Source of the DNA: an uncultured Actinomycetota bacterium
GTDB lineage: Bacteria; Actinomycetota; Actinomycetes; Propionibacteriales; Nocardioidaceae
Reading direction: 5' to 3'
NCBI GenBank assembly: GCA_963781515.1
Contig: CAWAGL010000008.1
Location: 179,488-243,487 of the forward strand
Length of the DNA stretch: 64,000 nucleotides
Shown here: one piece after another, positions 38,996 through 47,195 of the stretch
Numbering within the stretch: the first letter of the stretch is position 1
Layout: the number at the start of each line of letters is the position of its first letter
The notes under the pieces: model-generated
Seen by the model: only the letters and a program-made list of their open reading frames with translations
The model's database searches: none
What the model was told of the DNA's origin: nothing
Made by a program: the position numbers and the translations under genes

Positions 38996-40168
38996 TCAGC
39001 CGAGCAGGCTCGCCGGGCGTACGGCGGCGGATCCGAACCGTCGGGTGGCCCGGTCGACCGCCCGGTCGGCGTCGGCCCAACCGTGCTCGTTCTCGCCGAG
39101 GACGAGCTGGCGGTGCACCTGCTCGCGCGGCATCAGCCCCTCGACCCGCACCCCCACCAGCCGCAGCCGGGCACGCTGCAACCCCAAGGCGTCGTACAGC
39201 CGGGTCGCGGTGCGGTAGATCTCCTGGGTCACGTCGGTGGCCTCGGGCAGGGTGCGCGAGCGGGTGATGGTGGTGAAGTCGGCGAACCTGATCTTGATCG
39301 TGACGGTGCGGCCGGCCACGCCGGCCACCCGCATGCGGTGGGCGACCCGGGCCGAGAGCCGCAGCAGCTCGCGACCGATCACCTCGCGGTCGTCGGTGTC
39401 TCGGGAGAAGGTCTCGTCGGCGCCCATCGACCGGTCGGGCTCGCCCGGACCCCGTCGTGGCGTGATCACCCGCTGGTCGACACCCCAGGCGAGGTCGTGC
39501 AGGTGGCTGCCCAGGTGGTCGCCGACCGCGCGGCGCAGCGTGCGGACCGGGGTGTGGGCGACGTCGCCGACGGTGCGCAGGCCGAGACGGTGCAACATGG
39601 CCTGGGTCTTCTCCCCCACGCCCCACAGCTCACCCACGTCGAGGGGATGCAGGAACGACGTCACGGCGTGCGGCGCGACCACGACCACCCCGTCGGGCTT
39701 GGCCCGACGGCTGGCCAGCTTGGCCACCGACACCGATGCGGCCACCCCCACCGAGCAGGTGATGGCCTGCTCGTCGTAGATGGTCGCGCGCAGCCGCTCG
39801 GCGATCTCGAGCGGCGAGCCCAGCCGCCGGGTCGCACCGGAGACGTCGAGGAACGCCTCGTCGAGCGAGAGCACCTCGACCAGGGGGGTGATCCGCCGGA
39901 AGTTCTCCATGATCGCCGCCGAGACCTGCCCGAAGGTCTCGAAGTCGGGCGCGATCACCACCGCCTGCGGGCAGAGCCGGCGGGCCCGCGTCATCGGCAG
40001 CGCCGAGCGGACGGCGTACTGGCGGGCGAGGTAATTGGCCGAGAGCACCACGCCCCGGCTGCCGCCGCCGACGATGACCGGCACGTCCTGCAGGTCGGGG
40101 CGGTCGCGGGTGGCGACCGACGCATAGAACGCGTCCATGTCGACGTGCAGGATCGGCGTCCCGGTCAT
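38996..40168 (-). CDS. dinB: DNA polymerase IV (Y-family, catalytically intact)
   Basis: ILHVDMDAFYASV and SLDEAFLDV acidic catalytic motifs are present, as are little-finger and HhH regions. It lies 27 nt downstream of the methyltransferase gene. Confidence 0.9.
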   Translation of the reverse strand: MTGTPILHVDMDAFYASVATRDRPDLQDVPVIVGGGSRGVVLSANYLARQYAVRSALPMTRARRLCPQAVVIAPDFETFGQVSAAIMENFRRITPLVEVLSLDEAFLDVSGATRRLGSPLEIAERLRATIYDEQAITCSVGVAASVSVAKLASRRAKPDGVVVVAPHAVTSFLHPLDVGELWGVGEKTQAMLHRLGLRTVGDVAHTPVRTLRRAVGDHLGSHLHDLAWGVDQRVITPRRGPGEPDRSMGADETFSRDTDDREVIGRELLRLSARVAHRMRVAGVAGRTVTIKIRFADFTTITRSRTLPEATDVTQEIYRTATRLYDALGLQRARLRLVGVRVEGLMPREQVHRQLVLGENEHGWADADRAVDRATRRFGSAAVRPASLLG

Positions 40169-40195
40169 GGCCGCCGCCCGGGGGCGGGGCGGGCG

Positions 40196-40909
40196 TCAGC
40201 GGTGGGACAGCAGGTGGAGCTGGGTCGCGAGGGGGAGGTACTCGGGGCGGGTGGAGGTGGCCCGCTCGAGCTCGACCAGCGCCGCAGTGGCACCGGGCTC
40301 GAGGTCGAGCAGGGAGCCGGGGACGAGATCGGCGAAGATGCGCACGCCGTGCACCGAGTCGACCGCGAAGCCCGCACCGGCCAGCAGGTCGGCGGCCTCG
40401 TCGTGGGTGAAGCGGCTGCCCGACCGGCCGCCAGCGACCGGGGTCGAGCCGTCGAGCAGGGCGAGGGCCTGCTGGAAGTGACCGGCCATCGCCCGGGCCA
40501 GCACGGCTGCGTGCCGCTGGGCGACCAGCAGGCTGAGCACCCCGCCGGGCCGGAGCACCTCGTGGATCGTGGCCAGGGCTGCTGCCGGGTCGTCGACGAC
40601 CTCGAGCAGGCCGTGACAGAGCACCACGTCGGCCTCCTCCACCACGTCGAGGAGTCCGTCGACGTCGCCCTGGAGACCGGTGACCCGGTCGAGGACGTCG
40701 CTCTCGGCGGCGCGACGCGCCAGCGCGGCCAGCGCGTCGGGGCTCGGGTCGACCACGGTGACGGTGTGGCCGAGCTGGGCGAGCCGGACCGCGAACCCGC
40801 CGGTGCCGCCACCGATGTCGACGATGCGCGCGCTCTCGTCGAGTGCAGCTTGGAGGGCATCCCACACGACAGCAGTGCGGGCGGTGCCTCGGCGGGCGCT
40901 TTCGGACAT
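40196..40909 (-). CDS. class I SAM-dependent methyltransferase
   Basis: Motif I IVDIGGGTGGFA and the post-I acidic residue VVDPS. 237 aa. It sits between dnaE2 and dinB with gaps of 22 and 27 nt. Confidence 0.8.
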   Translation of the reverse strand: MSESARRGTARTAVVWDALQAALDESARIVDIGGGTGGFAVRLAQLGHTVTVVDPSPDALAALARRAAESDVLDRVTGLQGDVDGLLDVVEEADVVLCHGLLEVVDDPAAALATIHEVLRPGGVLSLLVAQRHAAVLARAMAGHFQQALALLDGSTPVAGGRSGSRFTHDEAADLLAGAGFAVDSVHGVRIFADLVPGSLLDLEPGATAALVELERATSTRPEYLPLATQLHLLSHR

Positions 40910-40931
40910 GGCGGAAACACTAGTGGCTCCA

Positions 40932-43900
40932 TCACCCCGGGCTCCCCGGTGACCGGTGCCACAGCTTGCGGGCGACGTCGCGGGGGTTGTCGCCCGCGGG
41001 CATGATGTCGGAGTACGGCGACATCTGGAAGCCGCTGGAGTGGACCAGCACCCGCCGCTGCTCGGGGGCCGCCGGATCGCCGAAGCCGACCGGCACGGTG
41101 CGCATCGCCTCCCGGACCTCGGCCAGCCCGTCTGCCGAGGTCGGTGCCTGCTGCCAGCGGGCCATCAGGTCCGGCAGCGACCACGCGCCGGTGGCCCGCA
41201 GCGAGACCCCTCGTCGTCCGGTACGGCGCAGCTCGCCGCGGACCAGGAGCAGCCACGACCCGAACACGGTGGCGGCGTACGGACCCTGTGCGTCCTCGAA
41301 GAACGTCGCGTCGACCGGCCCCGTGGCGTCGTCGAGGGTCAGGAAGACGACGCGTCGGCCGGTGCGGATCGGCGGGGTCTGGGTGGCCACCTTCACCCCG
41401 GCGACCAGCAGCTCGGCCCTGCTGCGGCGCGCGAGCAGGTCGCGGCTGCGGGTCACCCCGAGGGCGTCGAGGAAGTCGGCGTAGCCGTCGATGACGTGCC
41501 TGCTGACGTCGAGCCCGAGGATCTCCAACTCGGCCTTCATGCGCTCCTCGCCGGTCAGCTCGGGCAGCCCGGTGACCTCGCCCTCGGCGGGCTCGTCGCC
41601 CAGGGCGAGGGTGAGCTGCACCGAGTCGACGGCACGCGGGGCGGCGGTGGCGCGGGACTGGGCCGCGGCCTGTCCCCACACGCCCTCCCGGGGTGCTGCG
41701 TCGGTGGTGCCGGCGCTGCGGGTGACCGGGTCGCTGCTGTTGCGGGCCGCGGCGTCGGTGGCCCGCTTGGTGGCCGGCAGCGGACGGCGTCCGGCGGCGA
41801 GCCCGCGACCACGACCGGCCCGGGCCGCCCGGTCGAGGGCTCGGGCATGACGGTCGAGCTCAGCCACCTGGAGGAGCAGGTCGCGGCGGGTCAGCCGGCC
41901 CCGGCGTCGTACGTCGGACTCCCCCGCGGCACCGATGCGGTAGATCGAGTCGAAGCCGCCGGTCAGCACCAGCCGCTCCACGACCGGCCGGGACACGGCC
42001 GCCCGGTGCCAGAAGTCGGTGAGCGAGTGGTAGGGCCGGCCCGCGACGATCCGGGCGACCTCGCCCGCATTGATGCCCTTCACCTCGGCGAGGGCGAGGC
42101 GGATGCCGTACGGCGCTCGCTCGGCCTCGCCCTCGGAGGCCAGCCGCTCGACGGCGTACTCCTTGGCGCTGGCGTTGACGTCGAGGGGCAGCACCTCGAT
42201 GCCGAAGTGGCGAGCGTCGTCGAGGATGAGGCGCTTGGGGTACATGCCCGGGTCGTGGGTGAGCACCCCGGAGAGGAAGTGCGCGGGCCAGTGCGCCTTG
42301 AGCCAGGCGGACTGGTAGGTCGGGAGGGCGAACGCCGCCGCGTGGGCCTTGCAGAAGCCGAACGACGCGAAGGCCTCGAGCACCTTCCAGATCTGCTCGG
42401 TGACCGCCGCGGAGTAGCCCCGGCCCAGGGACCGCGGCATGAACCAGGCCCGCGTCTGCGCCATCCCCTCGACGTCGCCCAGGGCCCGGCGCTTCTCGTC
42501 GGCCTCGGCATAGCCGACCCCGGCGAACTGGGCGATCATCTCGATGACCTGCTCATGGAAGACGACCACCCCGTGGGTGGGCGCCAGGATCGGGATCAGG
42601 TCGTCGTGCAGGTAGGAGGAGGCCCGCCAACCCTGCTTGACCTCCAGGTAGGGAGTGATCATGTCGCTCTTGACCGGCCCCGGCCGGAACAGCGAGATGT
42701 CGGTGATGATGTCGTCGAAGGAGCCGATGCCGGACTTGCCGACCAGCTCGCGCTGGCCGGGAGACTCGATCTGGAAGACGCCCAGGGTCTTGGCGGCGCT
42801 GATCATGTCGAAGGTCGTGCTGTCGTCGAACGGCACCTGCGCCTCGTCGTCGAGGTCGACGTCGACACCATCGACCCGAGCGATCTCGGCCACCGCGTGC
42901 GCCATCGCCGACTGCATGCGGATGCCGAGCACGTCGAGCTTGAGCAGGCCGAGGTCCTCGACGTCGTCCTTGTCGAACTGGCTCATCGGGAAGCCCGCAT
43001 AGCTCGCCTCGACCGGCGTGCGGTCGAGCAGGGTCGCGTCGGAGAGCAGCACGCCGCAGGGGTGCACGGCGATGTGGCGCGGCAGCCCGTCGAGCCGCTC
43101 CACCAGCCGGAACATCAGGTCGAGCCGCTCCTCCCCGAGACCGCTGGCCCGCAGCTCGGGCAGCTCGCGCAGCGCCACCCGGGCGTCACGGGCCCGGATG
43201 TGCGGGAACGCCTTGGCGATCGCGTCGATCTCGCCCGGCGGCATGCCCAGCGCGGCACCGACGTCGCGGACGGCGTGCCGGACACGGTAGGTGTCCATCA
43301 TCGAGACGCACACGCACCGCTCGCCGCCGTAGCGGTCGAGGATCGCCTCGTAGACCTCCAGCCGGCGGGCCGACTCGACGTCGACGTCGATGTCGGGCAA
43401 CGACTGGCGCAGCGGCGAGAGGAACCGCTCCATCAGCAGGTTGTGGCGGATCGGGTCGACACCGGAGACACCGAGCAGGTAGTTGACCAGGCTGCCCGCG
43501 CCCGACCCCCGGGCCGCGCTGCGCACCCCCATCTGCTTGATCAGGTCGGTGACGTCGCCGACGGTGAGGAAGTACGACGCGTAGCCGAGCTCGCGGATGA
43601 TCTCGAGCTCGTCGTCGAGCCGCTTCCAGATGCGCTGGCGGGGCGCGGATCCGTAGCGCCAGCCGATGCCGCCCTCGCAGCGGGCGCGCAGCAGCGCGTC
43701 GGCCTCGGAGACACCGGGGGTGGAGACGACCAGGCGGTCGGTGGCCTGCGAGACGCCCCCTTCTGATGCGACGGCTGATGGGACGGCTGACTTCGACAGC
43801 TCGAGCTCCGGGAAGTGCACCTCACCGATGCCCAGGTCGCCGCGCGGGTCCAGCGCGCAGCGGTCGCCGATCGTGCGGGTGGCGGCCAGCAGCGACCGGG

Positions 43901-44816
43901 CGTCGCGCGGGCCGAGGCCGGCGAGCCGGCAGATCTCGTCGGCCACCTCGTGCATCTGCTTGCCGGACTTGAGGAAGCCCTCGGCATTGCCCCGGAAGTC
44001 AGCAGGGCCGAGGTGACGGAACTGGCCGGAGCCCAACGGGACCAGCCGCCGGGCCGCGTCGAGGACGTCGATGGTCGGGGCGTCGAGCCGGTCGGCGTAG
44101 CGCACCGCGTTGGTCAGCACGGCACTCACCCCGGCGGCGCGGGCCAGGCCGGCCATCCGGGCGGCGTGCGGAGTGGTGCCGGGACCCCAGGTCGCCCGAC
44201 TGCCGGCGGCCAGCCGGTGGGAGACCAGCTCGACCACGAGATTCTCCGGGGGCAGCACGCCGCGCCACACGTCGAGGATCGCCCGGGCCTCGTCGTCGCG
44301 GTGCCGGGTCACCGCAGCCCCCAGCTCGGAGGCCGGCCCGAGCAAGACGAGCACGCCACCCCCCACCAGGTGCGGCGCCAGCAGGTCGAGGTCGGCCACC
44401 GGTCGCCCCCGCTCACCGGTGAGGTGGGCGGCCGAGACCAGCCGGCAGATCGCCGCCCAGCCGGCCCGACCCTGGGCCAGCAGGGTGACCCGGGGCAGGG
44501 ACTCCTCGTCGCGGAACGCTCCGCCGCGCGCGGGAGTGCGGCGCGACGACTGCACCCGGCCATCGTGGGCCCCACCATCGTGGACCCGGCCCGAGGTCGG
44601 CAGCACCGCGAGGTCGACCCCCAGGACCGGGCGGATGCCTGCCCGGCTGCACGCCTTGGCGAACTTCACCGCGCCGTAGGTGCCGTCGCGGTCGGTCAGC
44701 GCCAGGGTGTCCATCTCCTGCTCGGCGGCCCGCTCGACCAGCGTGTGCGGGTGCGAGGCGCCGTACTGCAGGGAGTAGCCGGAGGCCACGTGGAGATGGA
44801 CGAACGGGTCGGACAT
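40932..44816 (-). CDS. dnaE2: error-prone DNA polymerase III alpha paralogue (DnaE2 type)
   Basis: PHP opening FVHLHVASGYSLQYGAS and Pol IIIa core blocks (GVFQIESPGQRE, FCKAHAAAFA). This is a second dnaE copy in the window, with a perfect LexA box about 50 nt upstream. The DnaE2 subfamily call rests on context plus memory of actinobacterial DnaE2 N-termini. Confidence 0.85.
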   Translation of the reverse strand: MSDPFVHLHVASGYSLQYGASHPHTLVERAAEQEMDTLALTDRDGTYGAVKFAKACSRAGIRPVLGVDLAVLPTSGRVHDGGAHDGRVQSSRRTPARGGAFRDEESLPRVTLLAQGRAGWAAICRLVSAAHLTGERGRPVADLDLLAPHLVGGGVLVLLGPASELGAAVTRHRDDEARAILDVWRGVLPPENLVVELVSHRLAAGSRATWGPGTTPHAARMAGLARAAGVSAVLTNAVRYADRLDAPTIDVLDAARRLVPLGSGQFRHLGPADFRGNAEGFLKSGKQMHEVADEICRLAGLGPRDARSLLAATRTIGDRCALDPRGDLGIGEVHFPELELSKSAVPSAVASEGGVSQATDRLVVSTPGVSEADALLRARCEGGIGWRYGSAPRQRIWKRLDDELEIIRELGYASYFLTVGDVTDLIKQMGVRSAARGSGAGSLVNYLLGVSGVDPIRHNLLMERFLSPLRQSLPDIDVDVESARRLEVYEAILDRYGGERCVCVSMMDTYRVRHAVRDVGAALGMPPGEIDAIAKAFPHIRARDARVALRELPELRASGLGEERLDLMFRLVERLDGLPRHIAVHPCGVLLSDATLLDRTPVEASYAGFPMSQFDKDDVEDLGLLKLDVLGIRMQSAMAHAVAEIARVDGVDVDLDDEAQVPFDDSTTFDMISAAKTLGVFQIESPGQRELVGKSGIGSFDDIITDISLFRPGPVKSDMITPYLEVKQGWRASSYLHDDLIPILAPTHGVVVFHEQVIEMIAQFAGVGYAEADEKRRALGDVEGMAQTRAWFMPRSLGRGYSAAVTEQIWKVLEAFASFGFCKAHAAAFALPTYQSAWLKAHWPAHFLSGVLTHDPGMYPKRLILDDARHFGIEVLPLDVNASAKEYAVERLASEGEAERAPYGIRLALAEVKGINAGEVARIVAGRPYHSLTDFWHRAAVSRPVVERLVLTGGFDSIYRIGAAGESDVRRRGRLTRRDLLLQVAELDRHARALDRAARAGRGRGLAAGRRPLPATKRATDAAARNSSDPVTRSAGTTDAAPREGVWGQAAAQSRATAAPRAVDSVQLTLALGDEPAEGEVTGLPELTGEERMKAELEILGLDVSRHVIDGYADFLDALGVTRSRDLLARRSRAELLVAGVKVATQTPPIRTGRRVVFLTLDDATGPVDATFFEDAQGPYAATVFGSWLLLVRGELRRTGRRGVSLRATGAWSLPDLMARWQQAPTSADGLAEVREAMRTVPVGFGDPAAPEQRRVLVHSSGFQMSPYSDIMPAGDNPRDVARKLWHRSPGSPG

Positions 44817-44864
44817 GAGCCTGCCTTCGCGGACCGTGTCGACCCCAGCACCGTGATGGAGTGA

Positions 44865-44880
44865 TCGAACAGGTGTTCGA
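44865..44880. promoter_or_regulatory. LexA (SOS) box TCGAAC-aggt-GTTCGA upstream of dnaE2
   Basis: Perfect match to the actinobacterial consensus TCGAAC-N4-GTTCGA. The palindrome extends to GTGATCGAACAGGTGTTCGATCAC (44861-44884). Confidence 0.85.
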
Positions 44881-44890
44881 TCACGCCATC

Positions 44891-44921
44891 ACTCTAACCC
44901 CCACGACGGGGAGGTCGTCAA
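44891..44921 (-). promoter_or_regulatory. putative dnaE2 promoter (TTGACG - 19 nt - TAGAGT)
   Basis: On the sense strand, TTGACG lies at 44921..44916 and TAGAGT at 44896..44891. The LexA box starts about 10 nt downstream of the -10 element. The spacer is longer than optimal. Confidence 0.4.
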
Positions 44922-44926
44922 GCCGG

Positions 44927-46135
44927 TCATCCCCAGATCGCGGCCGCCCACTCGGGGTGGTCGACGAACGGGTTCCGGTTGTGCTGGTAGGTGTCGAAGA
45001 TGACGTCGTTGCGACGCATCTCGAAGCCGCTCGGCGGATCCTGCTGGCTCCACCGGAGCAGCACCGAGAGCCGGCCGATGTGCGGCGCGGACCCGTTGCC
45101 GGTCAGGTCGTTGACCTCGAGGTCGGCGAACCCGTCACCACCCTCGTAGCGCACCGACATGTAGAAGATCATCCGGGCGACGTCGCCCTTGACCGCGTCG
45201 CGCGGCTCCCAGGAGTCGCCGTCGGCGTAGTTGCCGGGCGCCTCGGCGTTCTCGGTGCCGCCCTCGTCGAAGTCGAGGTTGCCCCGGGCGGAGTTGACGG
45301 TGACGTCGGTGGGACGCAGGTGGTGGATGTCGGTGCCCGGGCCGGTCGCCGTGCCGAAGTCGCCGTGCGACTTGGCCCAGACGTGCTCGCGGTTCCACTG
45401 GTCGGGGCCGCCGCCGTTGTTCGACTTCGGCACGCTGTCACCGGTGTAGAGCTCGATGACGTTGCCGGGGTCGGCGGGGTCCTGGTCGGTGTCCTTCAGT
45501 GCGTTCCAGACGCCGTCGTAGGACAGCCGGGTCACGCCGGCGGAGATGATCGAGTGGAGTGCGGACTCCAGCTGGGGACCGGACTTGCCGAGGGCCGCGG
45601 CGTAGTAGTCGTCGTGCTCGCCGGGGTCGCCCGGGTCGGCGCCCGAGGCGAAGGCGAAGGCGCTGGCACCGGTCAGGCCCGGCCGGGAGAAGTACGCCGA
45701 GAGGGCGCCGGTGACGTCGACCTGACGGCCCAGCAGGGCGGGGTTGGACCTCAGCCCCCAGGCGGACCGGAAGGCGCTGGGGATCTGCACGTAGAGCATC
45801 TGCGCGGGGTCGGTGACCCCGGCGCTGTCGGCCAGCGCCAGCGCGTAGTCGTTGGGGAACCCGCTGCGGACCACGGTGGTCGAGGCGGTCGGCTGACCCA
45901 CGACGTAGCCGCGGACCGTCGCGACCGAGCCGTCCTGGGTGGCCCGCGCCTGGGCGACGCTCAGCGGCGTCGCTGCCGTGACCGCCGTGGCCGCTGGGGC
46001 CGACTGCGACGCCGGCACGGCCTGCGCCGACTGCGTCAGGGGTACGACGGCCGCGAGGGCCGCGAGCATCGTGATGAGAAGGGTGGCGATCGCAGGCGCG
46101 GTGCGCGCGCGGTGCGTCCCGAGAGGTTGGTGCAC
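44927..46135 (-). CDS. secreted endonuclease I family nuclease (EndA/NucM-like) with an N-terminal OB-like domain
   Basis: GTG at 46135, 6 nt after GGAG. Signal peptide ...LLITMLAALAAVVPLTQSAQA. Catalytic-region blocks REHVWAKSHGDFG and DIHHLRPTDVTVNSARGN. Confidence 0.8.
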   Translation of the reverse strand: MHQPLGTHRARTAPAIATLLITMLAALAAVVPLTQSAQAVPASQSAPAATAVTAATPLSVAQARATQDGSVATVRGYVVGQPTASTTVVRSGFPNDYALALADSAGVTDPAQMLYVQIPSAFRSAWGLRSNPALLGRQVDVTGALSAYFSRPGLTGASAFAFASGADPGDPGEHDDYYAAALGKSGPQLESALHSIISAGVTRLSYDGVWNALKDTDQDPADPGNVIELYTGDSVPKSNNGGGPDQWNREHVWAKSHGDFGTATGPGTDIHHLRPTDVTVNSARGNLDFDEGGTENAEAPGNYADGDSWEPRDAVKGDVARMIFYMSVRYEGGDGFADLEVNDLTGNGSAPHIGRLSVLLRWSQQDPPSGFEMRRNDVIFDTYQHNRNPFVDHPEWAAAIWG

Positions 46136-46208
46136 GGAGGACTCCGTCCGGGTGTGGCCGGGGCTCCCCGATGAAGCCCCTGACCGGCCCGTCGAGACTA
46201 GCGCCCGG

Positions 46209-46664
46209 TCAGGCGACCCCGGCACGTCCGCCGGTGACGACCAGCCGCTTCTCGAGCGGCGCGTGCGGCACCAGCCCGAGCGCCGACTCGATGATGCCGA
46301 GGAACCGGTCGGCGTCACGGACCAGGTCGTCGGCCTCGCGCTCGGTGACCGCGCGGGTCGAGCCGGCCTCGGCCGCCGCACGCTTGCTGGCGCCGGCGGC
46401 GAAGAACGTCGCCCACTCGGCCAGCTCGGGGGCCACGTCGGCCAGCAGCACCCAGGCGTTCTTCTGCCGGCGTCGGCCGGGCGACGGATGGGCGCGGGCC
46501 GCCAGCAGCGCAGCGGTGGCCCGCAGGGCGGCCACGTGGGCGCAGGCATAGCGAGACGGCACGTCGGCCGCGGTGATCGCCTCCTGCAGCGACTCGGCGG
46601 CGCGGGCGAGGTAGGAGTGGGTGGTGGCGGGGAGCAGGTAGGGGTTCACGTCGTGCACCGGCAT
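46209..46664 (-). CDS. HEPN-domain protein (SAV_6107-like family)
   Basis: ORF 46209..46952 trimmed to the ATG at 46664 (MPVHDVNPYLLPATTHSYLARAAESL...). All-helical text with an R-x4-H motif (SRYACAH). The ATG shares one base with the upstream stop (TGATG). The family name is from memory. Confidence 0.7.
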   Translation of the reverse strand: MPVHDVNPYLLPATTHSYLARAAESLQEAITAADVPSRYACAHVAALRATAALLAARAHPSPGRRRQKNAWVLLADVAPELAEWATFFAAGASKRAAAEAGSTRAVTEREADDLVRDADRFLGIIESALGLVPHAPLEKRLVVTGGRAGVA

Positions 46665-47041
46665 CAGTCGACACAGCCGACGAGGGACCAGCGGCCGTCG
46701 GACCAGTCGAAGGAGAGGTCGAAGACGCCGCCGCCGTCGGCGCAGGCCCCGCCCCGGCCGGCATGCACGCGCCACAGCTCGCGCTCGACGAGCAGGTCGT
46801 GGGCGCCCCGGTCGACGACCGTGCCCCCGGCCTCGGCCCCGGGCTCGTCGTCGGTGCCGACCACGGCTCGCACCCCGGCCGACTGCCACCAGGGCGCGGT
46901 CTCCACCCAGTGCGCCACCACGGAGCGGACCTTCCACAGCCGGCCGCGCCACAAGAACTGCTCGGGGCCCTCCTCGTCGGTGTCGGGCTCTCCACCGATG
47001 CGTCCCCTGCGGACCTCAACGGGGTCGTCGTACCGCCTCAT
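46664..47041 (-). CDS. DUF6504-like small protein
   Basis: 125 aa (MRRYDDPVEVRRGRI...FLWRGRLWKVRSVVAHWVETAPWW...). AGGAGA lies 6-7 nt before the ATG, and a LexA box lies about 80 nt upstream. The family name is from memory. Confidence 0.7.
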   Translation of the reverse strand: MRRYDDPVEVRRGRIGGEPDTDEEGPEQFLWRGRLWKVRSVVAHWVETAPWWQSAGVRAVVGTDDEPGAEAGGTVVDRGAHDLLVERELWRVHAGRGGACADGGGVFDLSFDWSDGRWSLVGCVD

Positions 47042-47073
47042 CTGGCTCTCCTGTCAGCGTGGTCGACCCCGGC

Positions 47074-47118
47074 CAACCTCGGTGACGATGGGGGTCGAGG
47101 TCACCGCCACCGAGGTTG
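47074..47118 (-). other. 5' UTR hairpin between the LexA box and the SD of the DUF6504 gene
   Basis: Perfect 11-bp inverted repeat CAACCTCGGTG (47074-47084) / CACCGAGGTTG (47108-47118) with a 23-nt loop. Confidence 0.6.
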
Positions 47119-47120
47119 CA

Positions 47121-47136
47121 TCGAACAGTTGTTCGA
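47121..47136. promoter_or_regulatory. LexA (SOS) box TCGAAC-agtt-GTTCGA upstream of DUF6504-HEPN
   Basis: Perfect match to TCGAAC-N4-GTTCGA. Confidence 0.85.
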
Positions 47137-47145
47137 ACAACGCCA

Positions 47146-47176
47146 AAGGTACACCGGCCCACCGACAGTGCGTCAA
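47146..47176 (-). promoter_or_regulatory. RecA-NDp (PafBC-type) promoter-like motif cTGTCGGTG-8nt-TACCTT, with TTGACG just upstream
   Basis: The sense strand reads ATTGACGCACTGTCGGTGGGCCGGTGTACCTTTGG. This matches the published tTGTCRgtg-8nt-TAnnnT pattern position by position. Confidence 0.5.
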
Positions 47177-47195
47177 TGGTCTGGCGGCGAGCGCT

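Noticed and set aside
38996-40168. Calling the Y-family polymerase downstream of dnaE2 an ImuB mutasome subunit.
   Set aside because: ImuB lacks the catalytic acidic residues, whereas this ORF keeps DMDAFYASV and SLDEAFLDV. It reads as an active DinB-type Pol IV. No imuA-like gene is present.
44885-44926. A RecA-NDp/PafBC-type motif upstream of dnaE2, analogous to the one at 47146-47168.
   Set aside because: The only similar string (CCGTCGTGG) has the wrong first base and lies only 7 nt, not 11, before the TAGAGT hexamer. I call only the LexA box and a sigma-70-like promoter there.
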